Source: an uncultured Verrucomicrobiae bacterium
Lineage (GTDB): Bacteria > Verrucomicrobiota > Verrucomicrobiia > Limisphaerales > JAFGQR01
Reading direction: 5' to 3'
Assembly: GCA_963788655.1 (NCBI GenBank)
Contig: CAWBHS010000072.1
Location: 256,001 to 320,000 of the forward strand
Length of the DNA: 64,000 bases
The notes beneath the pieces were generated by a model that was not told where the DNA came from, made no database searches, and saw only the letters and a program-made list of their open reading frames with translations. This document shows positions 10,907 through 19,067 of this stretch, piece after piece. A program made the position numbers and the translations under genes. Positions within the stretch are counted from its first letter, which is position 1; each line of letters opens with the position of its first letter.

Positions 10907-11153
10907 GCGAGCCGAACCGCGAAGAGTTTTGAACGGCTTCATATATCCGGCCGCGTCAATGCGGGAAGCCTTCAGTGTTCGAGTAACAAAGGATTGGCTG
11001 GAACGCCAATCGCAGTCACATCGCCACGGTGCGTTGGCGGGGGAGTTCCGGAGTCAGGTTCAGCGGGTTCAAGCGGTAATCCTGATCGGTCAAATTTAAC
11101 CCGCCTACGCTCAGATCCGCCCAGCGTTTGAACCACCGACAGTTAAACCTTGG

Positions 11154-11695
11154 CTATTGCTGTTTCACTATCGCCAAACGAAAAAGGGCCTGCATGCTCT
11201 TCATGGGAGCCCGCGCCTGCCAGACTTCCAGAGCGCCATCTTGGGCAATGCGCCCGCGAGCTTCGACCAATTGCCAATTCGGCGGGTGCAACGTCAACGA
11301 GAGTTCCGGTTCGTAGGCGAGTTCGGTTTTGAGCGGATCGACCCGGTAGGTCAGCGTGAAGTAGTTGGTCCCCGCTTCCTGGGCGGTGCCGCCTTTCGGC
11401 CGGATCGCGGCGAGGTCCGACGATGTGCCGACCGGATCGAGTCCGAGCGCATATTCCACCAGGTTGGCGAGGCCATTGTGATCGGGGTCCGCGTCGTCCA
11501 GCGCATTGAGATCCGGTAATAGCCTGACGTTGGCACCTCAAGTCGCCATTGCGCATAGACGCCTCCGCCGTCCGGCCCCGGAGTTCCGTCGTGGCAATAA
11601 TTGGCGCCGTAATAACCCGCTACGCTCGTGCTCAACGTCCAGCTTCCTTGTGCCAAGGCGCTGGTAAATTGCGGATCGGTGTTGTCGAAAATCAA
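11154..11695 (-). pseudogene. Remnant of a secreted protein: truncated golvesin/xanthan-lyase-CBD-like domain joined out of frame to a DxDxDG..N..EYALGLDP tail
   Basis: DNTDPQFT..GSWTLSTSVAGYYGANY...GYYRISMRWT in one frame; DADPDHNGLANLVEYALGLDP in another; in-frame TGA upstream; no signal peptide. Confidence 0.55.
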
Positions 11696-11916
11696 GGGGA
11701 TGCGTCAACATTCTTCAAAATTGCGACGAGGTGGGCGGCCAAAAGGCTTACATGATTGTCAGAAGCGTTGGTTTTGGCTTACCCTGGTACGGTCGCCGCC
11801 CAGGGCCTGGAATCCACGTTCGACCCGCTATCGCGGTAATACCTGATGTGAAAATGAAATGTTGAAATGAATCTCCGCCAGAAAGGATTTGCAGACGGGG
11901 CAGTTTACCGTCGAGA

Positions 11917-12432
11917 ATGACTGGCGAGACGGTGAAAATGGAAATAACGGAACAACCGGACCGGAAGAATCGCATCGATATTCCGTGGGATCTCGGCGAA
12001 TGGGTGGACAAATCCACGCTGGTGCGGTGGATTGTGGAGGATATCGAAACGCTGGATTGGGAGAATCCGGAGCTGAAAGAGTTGCTGCAACGGCGTCTGA
12101 ATTATCAGCCCCGGATGCTGCTGCAGTTGCTGACTTATGCCTACGCCACCGGGGCGTTTGGCGCGGATGAAGTTGAACTGGCTTTCTATGACAAAGCATT
12201 CGGTCCGTTGGGCTGGAACAAGCCGCCCAATCTCCGCGCCATCCAGCGGTTTCGGCGGGAGAATCGGGGGTTGATCAAATGGACTTTGGTGCAGTTGCTG
12301 CGGCGCGCCGTGCGCAGCAAGATCGAACTGGGCGACCGGCTGTTGCCGGGATTGCAGCGTTGCCTGGTGCAAAACGCCGTCGAGCGGCTGGATCTGGCCC
12401 GGTACGTGGACCTCGCGGCGGCGGAAGATTAG
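11917..12432 (+). CDS. Stand-alone DUF772 (IS1182/IS5-like transposase N-terminal) domain protein; no DDE domain
   Basis: YQPRMLLQLLTYAYATG...PPNLRAIQRFRRENR resembles the IS1182 Y.P.MML.LL.Y.Y..G...PD..TI.RFR pattern; only ~165-171 aa. Confidence 0.7.
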   Translation: MTGETVKMEITEQPDRKNRIDIPWDLGEWVDKSTLVRWIVEDIETLDWENPELKELLQRRLNYQPRMLLQLLTYAYATGAFGADEVELAFYDKAFGPLGWNKPPNLRAIQRFRRENRGLIKWTLVQLLRRAVRSKIELGDRLLPGLQRCLVQNAVERLDLARYVDLAAAED

Positions 12433-12441
12433 GCGTCTGGT

Positions 12442-13071
12442 TCAAGCGCTTTTCAGCACGATCCGCGTCACGATGTTGCCGGCGTCGCGGCAGCGGTCGG
12501 TGACCTTTTCCACCAACTCGAACAAATCTTTCAGGAAGATGACCTTGGTGGCTTCGACGCGGCCGGAGTAAAGCTCCCGTAGTTGCTCCACGACAAACTT
12601 GTCGGCGTCGCCTTCGATCTTCTGGAGTTGGCCGTTCATCAGCCGGGCCTTTTCAAGGGTGATCCCTTGACGGAGTTGCCGGATCATTTCCATGAGCGTG
12701 CAAGTGGCCTTTTCCAGCATGTCCACCTGCGGTGAAATATCGATCGACTCAAACAATTGCGGGGCGAGCAAAAGCCGCTCGGCGATTTTCTCGATGGCCT
12801 TGGGGATTTTGTAGAGCAGATTGGACAAATCCTCAATGTCTTCCCGCTCCATGGTGGTGACGAAGTTGGTACAGAGCGCGTCGCAAATTTCGTAGGTGAT
12901 GGCCTTGTCCTTGCGCCGGGAGGCGATGAATTCGTCGAGCGTTTTGGCTTCCTTCGGGTTTTGCGAGAATTTCTTCAGGGACTGCACACTGTGACAGACT
13001 TCCTGAGCACTGGCCTCCAGCAGGTCGAAGAACCGGTCTTCTTTTCCCAATAATCGTTGTAGCGAAACCAT
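12442..13071 (-). CDS. DUF47 family PhoU-like phosphate transport regulator (copy 1, orphan)
   Basis: FFDLLE, FVT.MEREDI..L, IEGDAD, KDLFELVEKVTDRCRDAGN, IVLKS; paralogous to copies 2 and 3. Confidence 0.9.
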   Translation of the reverse strand: MVSLQRLLGKEDRFFDLLEASAQEVCHSVQSLKKFSQNPKEAKTLDEFIASRRKDKAITYEICDALCTNFVTTMEREDIEDLSNLLYKIPKAIEKIAERLLLAPQLFESIDISPQVDMLEKATCTLMEMIRQLRQGITLEKARLMNGQLQKIEGDADKFVVEQLRELYSGRVEATKVIFLKDLFELVEKVTDRCRDAGNIVTRIVLKSA

Positions 13072-13180
13072 AACCAGGGATACCTAGCATATCCGACCGT
13101 CCGTTCACCACAAAAAACTGTGGGGGTGTGGTTGGGCTCGCGCGGTGCATCCCCAGGTTGTCGGTGACTCGGCCTCATCC

Positions 13181-13250
13181 GCCGCGTGGGCGCACGCGGC
13201 CTACAAGGAGAACGGCACTTGCCTGTAGGCCCGGTGCCCTCACCGGGTGT
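13181..13250. repeat. REP-like palindrome pair, family H
   Basis: gccgcgtgggcgcacgcggcctaca ... tgtaggcccggtgccctcaccggg. Confidence 0.6.
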
Positions 13251-13494
13251 CCGCTAGCGCCGCCATTCCTGTCGATTCGGATGCCGCGCCAACGTTCGAG
13301 CCGACGGGAATTTCGGCGCGCCATGGATTTGAGGTCGCTCGCGTTGCATTACGATCGGCCAATTTGTTCGTCGCTCGCGATGAATTTCATGGCGGAGTCT
13401 TCACGCGATACTTCGCGAAGTTGTCATTGCCCGTGGGCCGTTCCGGGTTTAGCCTGCCGGCCTTGAACCAGAAAAAGCGAATGCCCAGCTCACT

Positions 13495-14010
13495 ATGAAA
13501 ACGAACCATCTCAAACAACGGACTGACCCGATCAAGCCTGCCGCCGATAATGAACTTTTAGTAAGTTCCATACCTGATTTTCGACGGGTCTTGGTCCCCA
13601 TTGATTTTTCGGAGATGTCAGTTGAGGCGCTGAAGTATGCCGTTCGGTTTGCGAAAAAATTCGGAGCGGAACTGACGCTTGTGTTCGTCCTCGAACCGGC
13701 GCCCTTCATGGTGGACATGGAAAACAATCCCCTCGCCTTATCCGACCAACAGGCCATTGTGAAAGCCCAGACCAGACTGGAACTATTGGCGTCCGCTCAA
13801 AACTCACCCGAGCCGATAAAGGTCCTCGTTCGCCAAGGCAAACCCTTCCGGGCAATTGTCGAGGTGGCTGAAGAATTGGACACCGAACTGATCATCCTGC
13901 CCACGCATGGTCACACGGGGCTGAGCCATGTCCTGTTAGGGAGTGTGGCGGAGAAAGTCGCGGAACATGCGCCGTGCGCCGTGCTGATCTTGCGGAAGCA
14001 CGACCAGTAA
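13495..14010 (+). CDS. Universal stress protein (UspA family)
   Basis: RVLVPIDFS, G.P...I...A, LIILPTHGHTGLSHVLLGSVAEKV..HAPCAVL. Confidence 0.93.
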   Translation: MKTNHLKQRTDPIKPAADNELLVSSIPDFRRVLVPIDFSEMSVEALKYAVRFAKKFGAELTLVFVLEPAPFMVDMENNPLALSDQQAIVKAQTRLELLASAQNSPEPIKVLVRQGKPFRAIVEVAEELDTELIILPTHGHTGLSHVLLGSVAEKVAEHAPCAVLILRKHDQ

Positions 14011-14096
14011 TCCGGACCAGGGCTGGGCCGGACTGGTGCCGGTGGGCGCCTTTCACTGGCCCGTGGAACCCGCTCCAGAGGTCGCGTCGCGTCGCC

Positions 14097-15167
14097 TTAC
14101 ACCAGTCCGCTGGCGTGGCAGAGCTTGAGCAGGACATAGCCGAGCAACGCGGTCACGGGCAGGGTAAGCACCCAGGCCCAGACGATGCGGCCCATGACAT
14201 GCCACTTGACGGCGTTGAGCCGTTTGGTGGCGCCGACGCCCATGATCGAGGTGGAAATGACGTGCGTAGTGGACAGGGGCATGCCCCACAGACTGGCCAC
14301 ATTGATCACTGCGGCCGCCGTTGTTTGCGCCGCAAATCCGTGAATCGGCTGAAGTCTTACCAACTTGGTGCCCATGGTGCGGATGATGCGCCAACCGCCC
14401 GTGGCGATGCCGGCGCCCATGACTGTCGCACAAGCGACTTTGACCCAAATTTCGATTTTAAAATCGGGAGTATGCATCCAGTTCATCCATCCCGGCAAAT
14501 GCTCCAACGCTCCGGACTTGGTGCCCGTCCATAGCGTCAGGGCGATGATCCCCATCGTCTTTTGGGCATCATTCAGTCCGTGGCAAAAACTCATCCAAGC
14601 GGCACTGGCCACCTGGGCCTTGCCGAAAACCCGGTTGAGCTTATGCGGGCGCCAACCGCGGAAAAGGGCGACCAGCAGTCCCATGAAGAGGAATCCGATC
14701 ACGGTTCCGCAAATCGGCGAGATAAGCATCGGCAGGATGACTTTGTGGAGCAGGCCCAGCGTATGGTGGGTCGCCGGGTCCACCACGGACCATTTAATGA
14801 CGTGCCAATCCCCGTTTACGGTGGCGACCGCCGCCCCGCACAATCCGCCAATGAGCGCGTGGCTGGAACTGGAGGGCAAGCCGAGCCACCAAGTGATCAG
14901 GTTCCAAATGATGGCCGCCAGCAGGGCCGCCATAATGGTGATCAGGGTGACGCTCCGTTCCTCGACGACGCCCACGGCAATCGTGGTGGCAACCGCTGTG
15001 CCGGCCAGCGCCCCGAGCAGGTCACACGTCGCCGCCATCGTCACGGCCTGGCGCGCGGTCAGTACTTTGGTGGCAACGCTGGTGGCAATGGCGTTGGCCG
15101 CATCGTGAAAACCGTTGACATATTCGAAGGCGAGCGCGACGAGAATCAAAAAGAGAATGAAGAGCAT
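14097..15167 (-). CDS. pit: Inorganic phosphate transporter, Pit family (copy 1)
   Basis: NGFHDAANAIAT, GLPSSSSHALIGG, HGLNDAQKTMG, GGWRIIRTMG, PLSTTH. Confidence 0.95.
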   Translation of the reverse strand: MLFILFLILVALAFEYVNGFHDAANAIATSVATKVLTARQAVTMAATCDLLGALAGTAVATTIAVGVVEERSVTLITIMAALLAAIIWNLITWWLGLPSSSSHALIGGLCGAAVATVNGDWHVIKWSVVDPATHHTLGLLHKVILPMLISPICGTVIGFLFMGLLVALFRGWRPHKLNRVFGKAQVASAAWMSFCHGLNDAQKTMGIIALTLWTGTKSGALEHLPGWMNWMHTPDFKIEIWVKVACATVMGAGIATGGWRIIRTMGTKLVRLQPIHGFAAQTTAAAVINVASLWGMPLSTTHVISTSIMGVGATKRLNAVKWHVMGRIVWAWVLTLPVTALLGYVLLKLCHASGLV

Positions 15168-15179
15168 GGCGCCGCGGGC

Positions 15180-15809
15180 TTACGAGTGCTTGAGCACGAT
15201 GTGGAAAACGATGTTGCCCACATCCCGGCAGCGATCAAATACCTTTTCCAGCAACTCGAGCAAATCCTTCATCACGATGACCTTCTTGCCCTCGTGTTCG
15301 CCGGTGTAAAGCTCTTGAAGGGAATCGAGCATCAGCTTGTCGGCTTCGCCTTCAATCGTCTGCAACCGGTCGTTTTGCAGTTTGACGGTTTCCAAGTTAA
15401 CTCCTTTGCGCAGTTCCTTGACCATGAGCACCACCACTTCGGCAGCCTGGTAAAGCAGTTTGACGTGCTGGGAGAGATCCACACCTTTCGTGAATTTGCC
15501 CGAAAGCAAGTAACGCTCGCCAAATTTTTCAGAGTTCTTGGGAATTTTGTAAAGCGCACTGGAAAGAGCTTCGATGTCCTCTCGCTCCAGAGGAGTGACA
15601 AACGTCTTGCACAGGTGCTCGGTCAACTCTTGCGAGAGTCGTTTTTCTTTGCGCCGGGCATTGACGAAGGATTCCAACGAATGATTCGCCTCCGGGGCAT
15701 TCAACATGGCCGTCAAACTCTCGATGGCGGCACGAGCTTCTTCCGCACTACCTTCCATTAACCGGAAGAATTTGTCGTCTTTGCTTAAAAGTCGTTGCAG
15801 GGAAAACAT
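15180..15809 (-). CDS. DUF47 family protein (copy 2)
   Basis: FVTPLEREDI, IEGEADK, LEKVFDRCRDVGN, IVLKHS; immediately upstream of pit. Confidence 0.92.
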   Translation of the reverse strand: MFSLQRLLSKDDKFFRLMEGSAEEARAAIESLTAMLNAPEANHSLESFVNARRKEKRLSQELTEHLCKTFVTPLEREDIEALSSALYKIPKNSEKFGERYLLSGKFTKGVDLSQHVKLLYQAAEVVVLMVKELRKGVNLETVKLQNDRLQTIEGEADKLMLDSLQELYTGEHEGKKVIVMKDLLELLEKVFDRCRDVGNIVFHIVLKHS

Positions 15810-15823
15810 AACTAGGGAGATTT

Positions 15824-15840
15824 TTTACATAATCGTAACA
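15824..15840 (-). promoter_or_regulatory. Pho-box-like 11-bp direct repeat
   Basis: Plus strand TTTACA-N5-GTAACA (minus strand TGTTAC-N5-TGTAAA); nearest base lies 15 nt from the A of the DUF47-2 ATG. Confidence 0.6.
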
Positions 15841-15983
15841 AAAGCGCACGTACTTTTTTTGAAACAGATTTCCAGCGATTCGGTGGTAGAGAGTCCCGCC
15901 GATCTGGCGACAGAAACCACCTTCGATATTGGCGTCGGGAATGACGATTGGCGGGATTGGGAAACTGACAGTCTCCCGACGGG

Positions 15984-17057
15984 TCAGTGTGCCCAGCCCA
16001 ACAGGAGCAGCACCCGCAGGCAAAGATAGCCCAACAATGCAGTGATGGGCAGCGTGAGCACCCAGGCCCAGACCATCCGGCCTACCACGCCCCATTTCAC
16101 TGCACTCAGACGCTTGGTGGCGCCCACGCCCATGATGGAGCCGGAGATCACGTGCGTTGTGGAGAGGGGCATGCCGAAGTGCGTGGCCGCCTCAATCACC
16201 GCCGCAGCGGTGGTTTGGGCGGCACAGCCATGGATGGTTTGCATCCGCACCACTTTATGTCCCATGGTCTTGATGATGCGCCAGCCGCCCGCCGCCGTGC
16301 CGGCCGCCATGGAGATGGCGCAGACCACTTTGATCCAAACCGCGACGTCAAACGTGGGCATTTTCAAAAAGGATAGCCAGGCCGGCAAATCATCAAGCAC
16401 TTTGGATTGGGTGGCCGTAAACAAGGTCAAGGTGATAATCCCCATGGTTTTTTGGGCATCGTTGGTTCCGTGACTGAAACTCATCCACGAAGAACTAAGC
16501 CATTGTAACTGACCGAACGTGCGGTTCACGCGATTCGGCTTGGCGCTGCGAAGAAAATACAAGAGCAGGCCCATGACCATGAAGCCGACCAACAAGCCCA
16601 CCACTGGCGCAATGAACATGGGCGCGATCACCTTGGGAATCAATCCGGACCACTGGTGTTTGGTTTCGTCAAAGAACGCCCACTTTATGACGCCAAGGTC
16701 GCCCTGGGCCGAGGCGAGCGCGGCGCCACACAGCCCGCCAATGAGCGCGTGGCTGGAACTGGAAGGCAATCCGATCCACCAAGTGAGCAAATTCCAGACA
16801 ATGGCACCAAGGAGCCCGCACAGGATGGTGTATTCACTGATGGAACTGGCGTCCACCAGATCCTTGCCAATCGTTTTGGCGACCGCGGTGAACGCCAGCG
16901 CGCCGAGGAGGTTGAAGCTGGAGGCCAGAATAATGGCCTGGCGCGGGGTCATCACTTTGGTGGAAACCGAAGTGGCGATGGCGTTGGCCGTGTCGTGAAA
17001 GCCGTTGATGTATTCAAACGTCAGCGCAATCAGGATTACAAAGAGTATCAGGATCAT
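15984..17057 (-). CDS. pit: Inorganic phosphate transporter, Pit family (copy 2)
   Basis: NGFHDTANAIAT, HGTNDAQKTMG, PLSTTH. Confidence 0.95.
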   Translation of the reverse strand: MILILFVILIALTFEYINGFHDTANAIATSVSTKVMTPRQAIILASSFNLLGALAFTAVAKTIGKDLVDASSISEYTILCGLLGAIVWNLLTWWIGLPSSSSHALIGGLCGAALASAQGDLGVIKWAFFDETKHQWSGLIPKVIAPMFIAPVVGLLVGFMVMGLLLYFLRSAKPNRVNRTFGQLQWLSSSWMSFSHGTNDAQKTMGIITLTLFTATQSKVLDDLPAWLSFLKMPTFDVAVWIKVVCAISMAAGTAAGGWRIIKTMGHKVVRMQTIHGCAAQTTAAAVIEAATHFGMPLSTTHVISGSIMGVGATKRLSAVKWGVVGRMVWAWVLTLPITALLGYLCLRVLLLLGWAH

Positions 17058-17084
17058 GGTTTTGTGTGCGTCGGTGCTGGCAAC

Positions 17085-18176
17085 CTATTTCCATCCGAGG
17101 GCGCGAAAGAGCAGCATGGCCAGGTAGGCGACCAAGGCCGATACCGGCAGGGTAAAGACCCAGGCCCAGATGATTTTTTCAACCACCCCCATGCGGAGCG
17201 CGCGAAAGCGCCGCGAAGCGCCGACGCCGGCCACGGCGGCTGTGATGGTGTGGGTGGTGGAAACCGGAAAGCCCCACGCGGCCGCGACAGTGAGGACCGT
17301 GGCGGCGGTGGTTTCGGCCGCAAAACCGTGAATGGGTTTCAAGTCGGTAATCCGCCGCCCCAGGGTTTGAATAATACGCCACCCGCCGGCCGCAGTGCCG
17401 GCTGCCAGCGCGACCGCGCAGGCGACCTTCAGCCACGCAGAAATGGCCAAAGCTTCTCCGGGCGGGGCTTCGGACATCTTGAGGAAATTGAGCCAGGCAG
17501 GAATGTGGTCAAAGGTGCCTGCCTTGGTCGCCGCCACCAAAGCCAACACCATCACCCCGAGGGTCTTTTGTGCATCGTTATGACCGTGCGCGAAGCCAAT
17601 GAATCCGCCGCTGAAGATCTGGCACTTGCCGAACACCCGGTCCACTTTCTCGACCCGCCAGTTCCGGAGCAACCAATAGAGGAGGCCGCTGGCAAGGAAC
17701 GCGCCAACCAAACCCAGCAGCGGCGAGACAAACATGGGAATGATCACTTTGAAAAGCAGGCCGTTTCCCTGCCACCAATGCAGCCCGCCGGAAGCGGTCC
17801 AGATGATTTCGTTCCAATTACTGTGGGCCGCCGCCAGCGCGGCACCGCACAGACCTCCAATAAGCGCATGACTGGAGCTCACGGGCAAGCCCCACCACCA
17901 AGTCATCAGATCCCACACAATGGCCCCGAGCAGGGCGCAAATAATGGTGTTGGTGGTGATGATGCTGGCGCCGACCAGGTCGTGTGCCATCGTCTCCGCC
18001 ACGGCCGTTCCGATCAAGGCGCCGACCAGGTTGGTGACGGTTGCCAGCACAATGGCCTGGCGGGGGGTTAGCGCCCGCGTGGCCACCACCGTGGCGATTG
18101 AGTTTGACGTGTCGTGGAAACCATTGATGTAAACGAATACCAAGGCCAGCAGAACGAGAATGATAATGGCGGTCAT
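17085..18176 (-). CDS. pit: Inorganic phosphate transporter, Pit family (copy 3, most divergent)
   Basis: NGFHDTSNSIAT, GLPVSSSHALIGG, HGHNDAQKTLG, PVSTTH. Confidence 0.95.
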   Translation of the reverse strand: MTAIIILVLLALVFVYINGFHDTSNSIATVVATRALTPRQAIVLATVTNLVGALIGTAVAETMAHDLVGASIITTNTIICALLGAIVWDLMTWWWGLPVSSSHALIGGLCGAALAAAHSNWNEIIWTASGGLHWWQGNGLLFKVIIPMFVSPLLGLVGAFLASGLLYWLLRNWRVEKVDRVFGKCQIFSGGFIGFAHGHNDAQKTLGVMVLALVAATKAGTFDHIPAWLNFLKMSEAPPGEALAISAWLKVACAVALAAGTAAGGWRIIQTLGRRITDLKPIHGFAAETTAATVLTVAAAWGFPVSTTHTITAAVAGVGASRRFRALRMGVVEKIIWAWVFTLPVSALVAYLAMLLFRALGWK

Positions 18177-18195
18177 GACCGGAAAGGATTGGCGG

Positions 18196-18825
18196 TTAAG
18201 AGTTCTTCAGCACGATTTGAAAAATGATGTTGCCGGCGTTGCGGCAGCGGTCGAATACCTTTTCCAATATCTCGTAAAGGTCCTTTAGGATGACCACCCT
18301 GACGATGTCCTCTTCCTCCCCGTAGAGATGCTCCAATTCTGCCACCAGCAGCTTGTCGGCCTCGCCTTCCACTTTTTGCAGAGCGTCATTGTTGGCCTTG
18401 GTGCGCGAGAGATTAGGGCCTTTTTTCAAATCCGTTACCATCCGGTAAACCGTTTCCTCGGCAGTTTCGAGCATCTTGACGTGTTGCGAGAAACTCACGT
18501 CGCGGATTTTGGGCGCACTTAACAAGTAGCGTTCGGCGAATTTTTTGGTGGTCTTGGGAATGCGGTATAAGGCCCGGGCCAGCATCTCAATATCCTCGCG
18601 ATCCAGCGGCGTCGCGTAGCTGTCGCACAGCAATTGGTCGATCTCGGCGCCGATTTGCTGCTCCTGGTCGCGGGCGTGCAAAAAATCCTGAAGCCCCGGG
18701 GTGTCTTCAGTGGCGTTCAGGAGTTCGCCGAGCGCTTTTATGCTGGCTCGTCCTGCGTCGGAACTGGCTTGCAGCAAGCTGAAAAATTTATCTTCTTTGC
18801 TGAATAGCTTCTTCAGGGAAAACAT
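18196..18825 (-). CDS. DUF47 family protein (copy 3)
   Basis: TPLDREDI, VEGEADK, LEKVFDRCRNAGN, IVLKNS. Confidence 0.92.
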   Translation of the reverse strand: MFSLKKLFSKEDKFFSLLQASSDAGRASIKALGELLNATEDTPGLQDFLHARDQEQQIGAEIDQLLCDSYATPLDREDIEMLARALYRIPKTTKKFAERYLLSAPKIRDVSFSQHVKMLETAEETVYRMVTDLKKGPNLSRTKANNDALQKVEGEADKLLVAELEHLYGEEEDIVRVVILKDLYEILEKVFDRCRNAGNIIFQIVLKNS

Positions 18826-18839
18826 ATCGGCCTTATTCT

Positions 18840-19045
18840 TTCACAAGATTGTTACAAAAATTCAAAATCAGATTTGTGACAAATAGGTTACGGTCAGATG
18901 GCGGTCGAGTTACAAGTCCTAAATTCATTGGGTTTTTACGATTCCGGAAAGAATTGATTGACGCTTGCAAACCTGCAAACCATTGTCCCAGTCATCAAAC
19001 AACACCGTTGCGAGAATGTTACAAAGCCGACATTTGGACGTAACA
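18840..19045. promoter_or_regulatory. Divergent promoter region with 11/22-bp-phased Pho-box-like hexamers
   Basis: TTCACA 18840 / GTTACA 18851; GTGACA 18876 / GTTACG 18887 / GTTACA 18909; GTTACA 19018 / GTAACA 19040; AT-rich region between DUF47-3 and phoU. Confidence 0.65.
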
Positions 19046-19067
19046 AATAACTGCGAAAGAAAGGTGC

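Noticed and set aside
11917..12432. Active IS element
   Set aside because: No DDE domain, terminal inverted repeats or target duplication found
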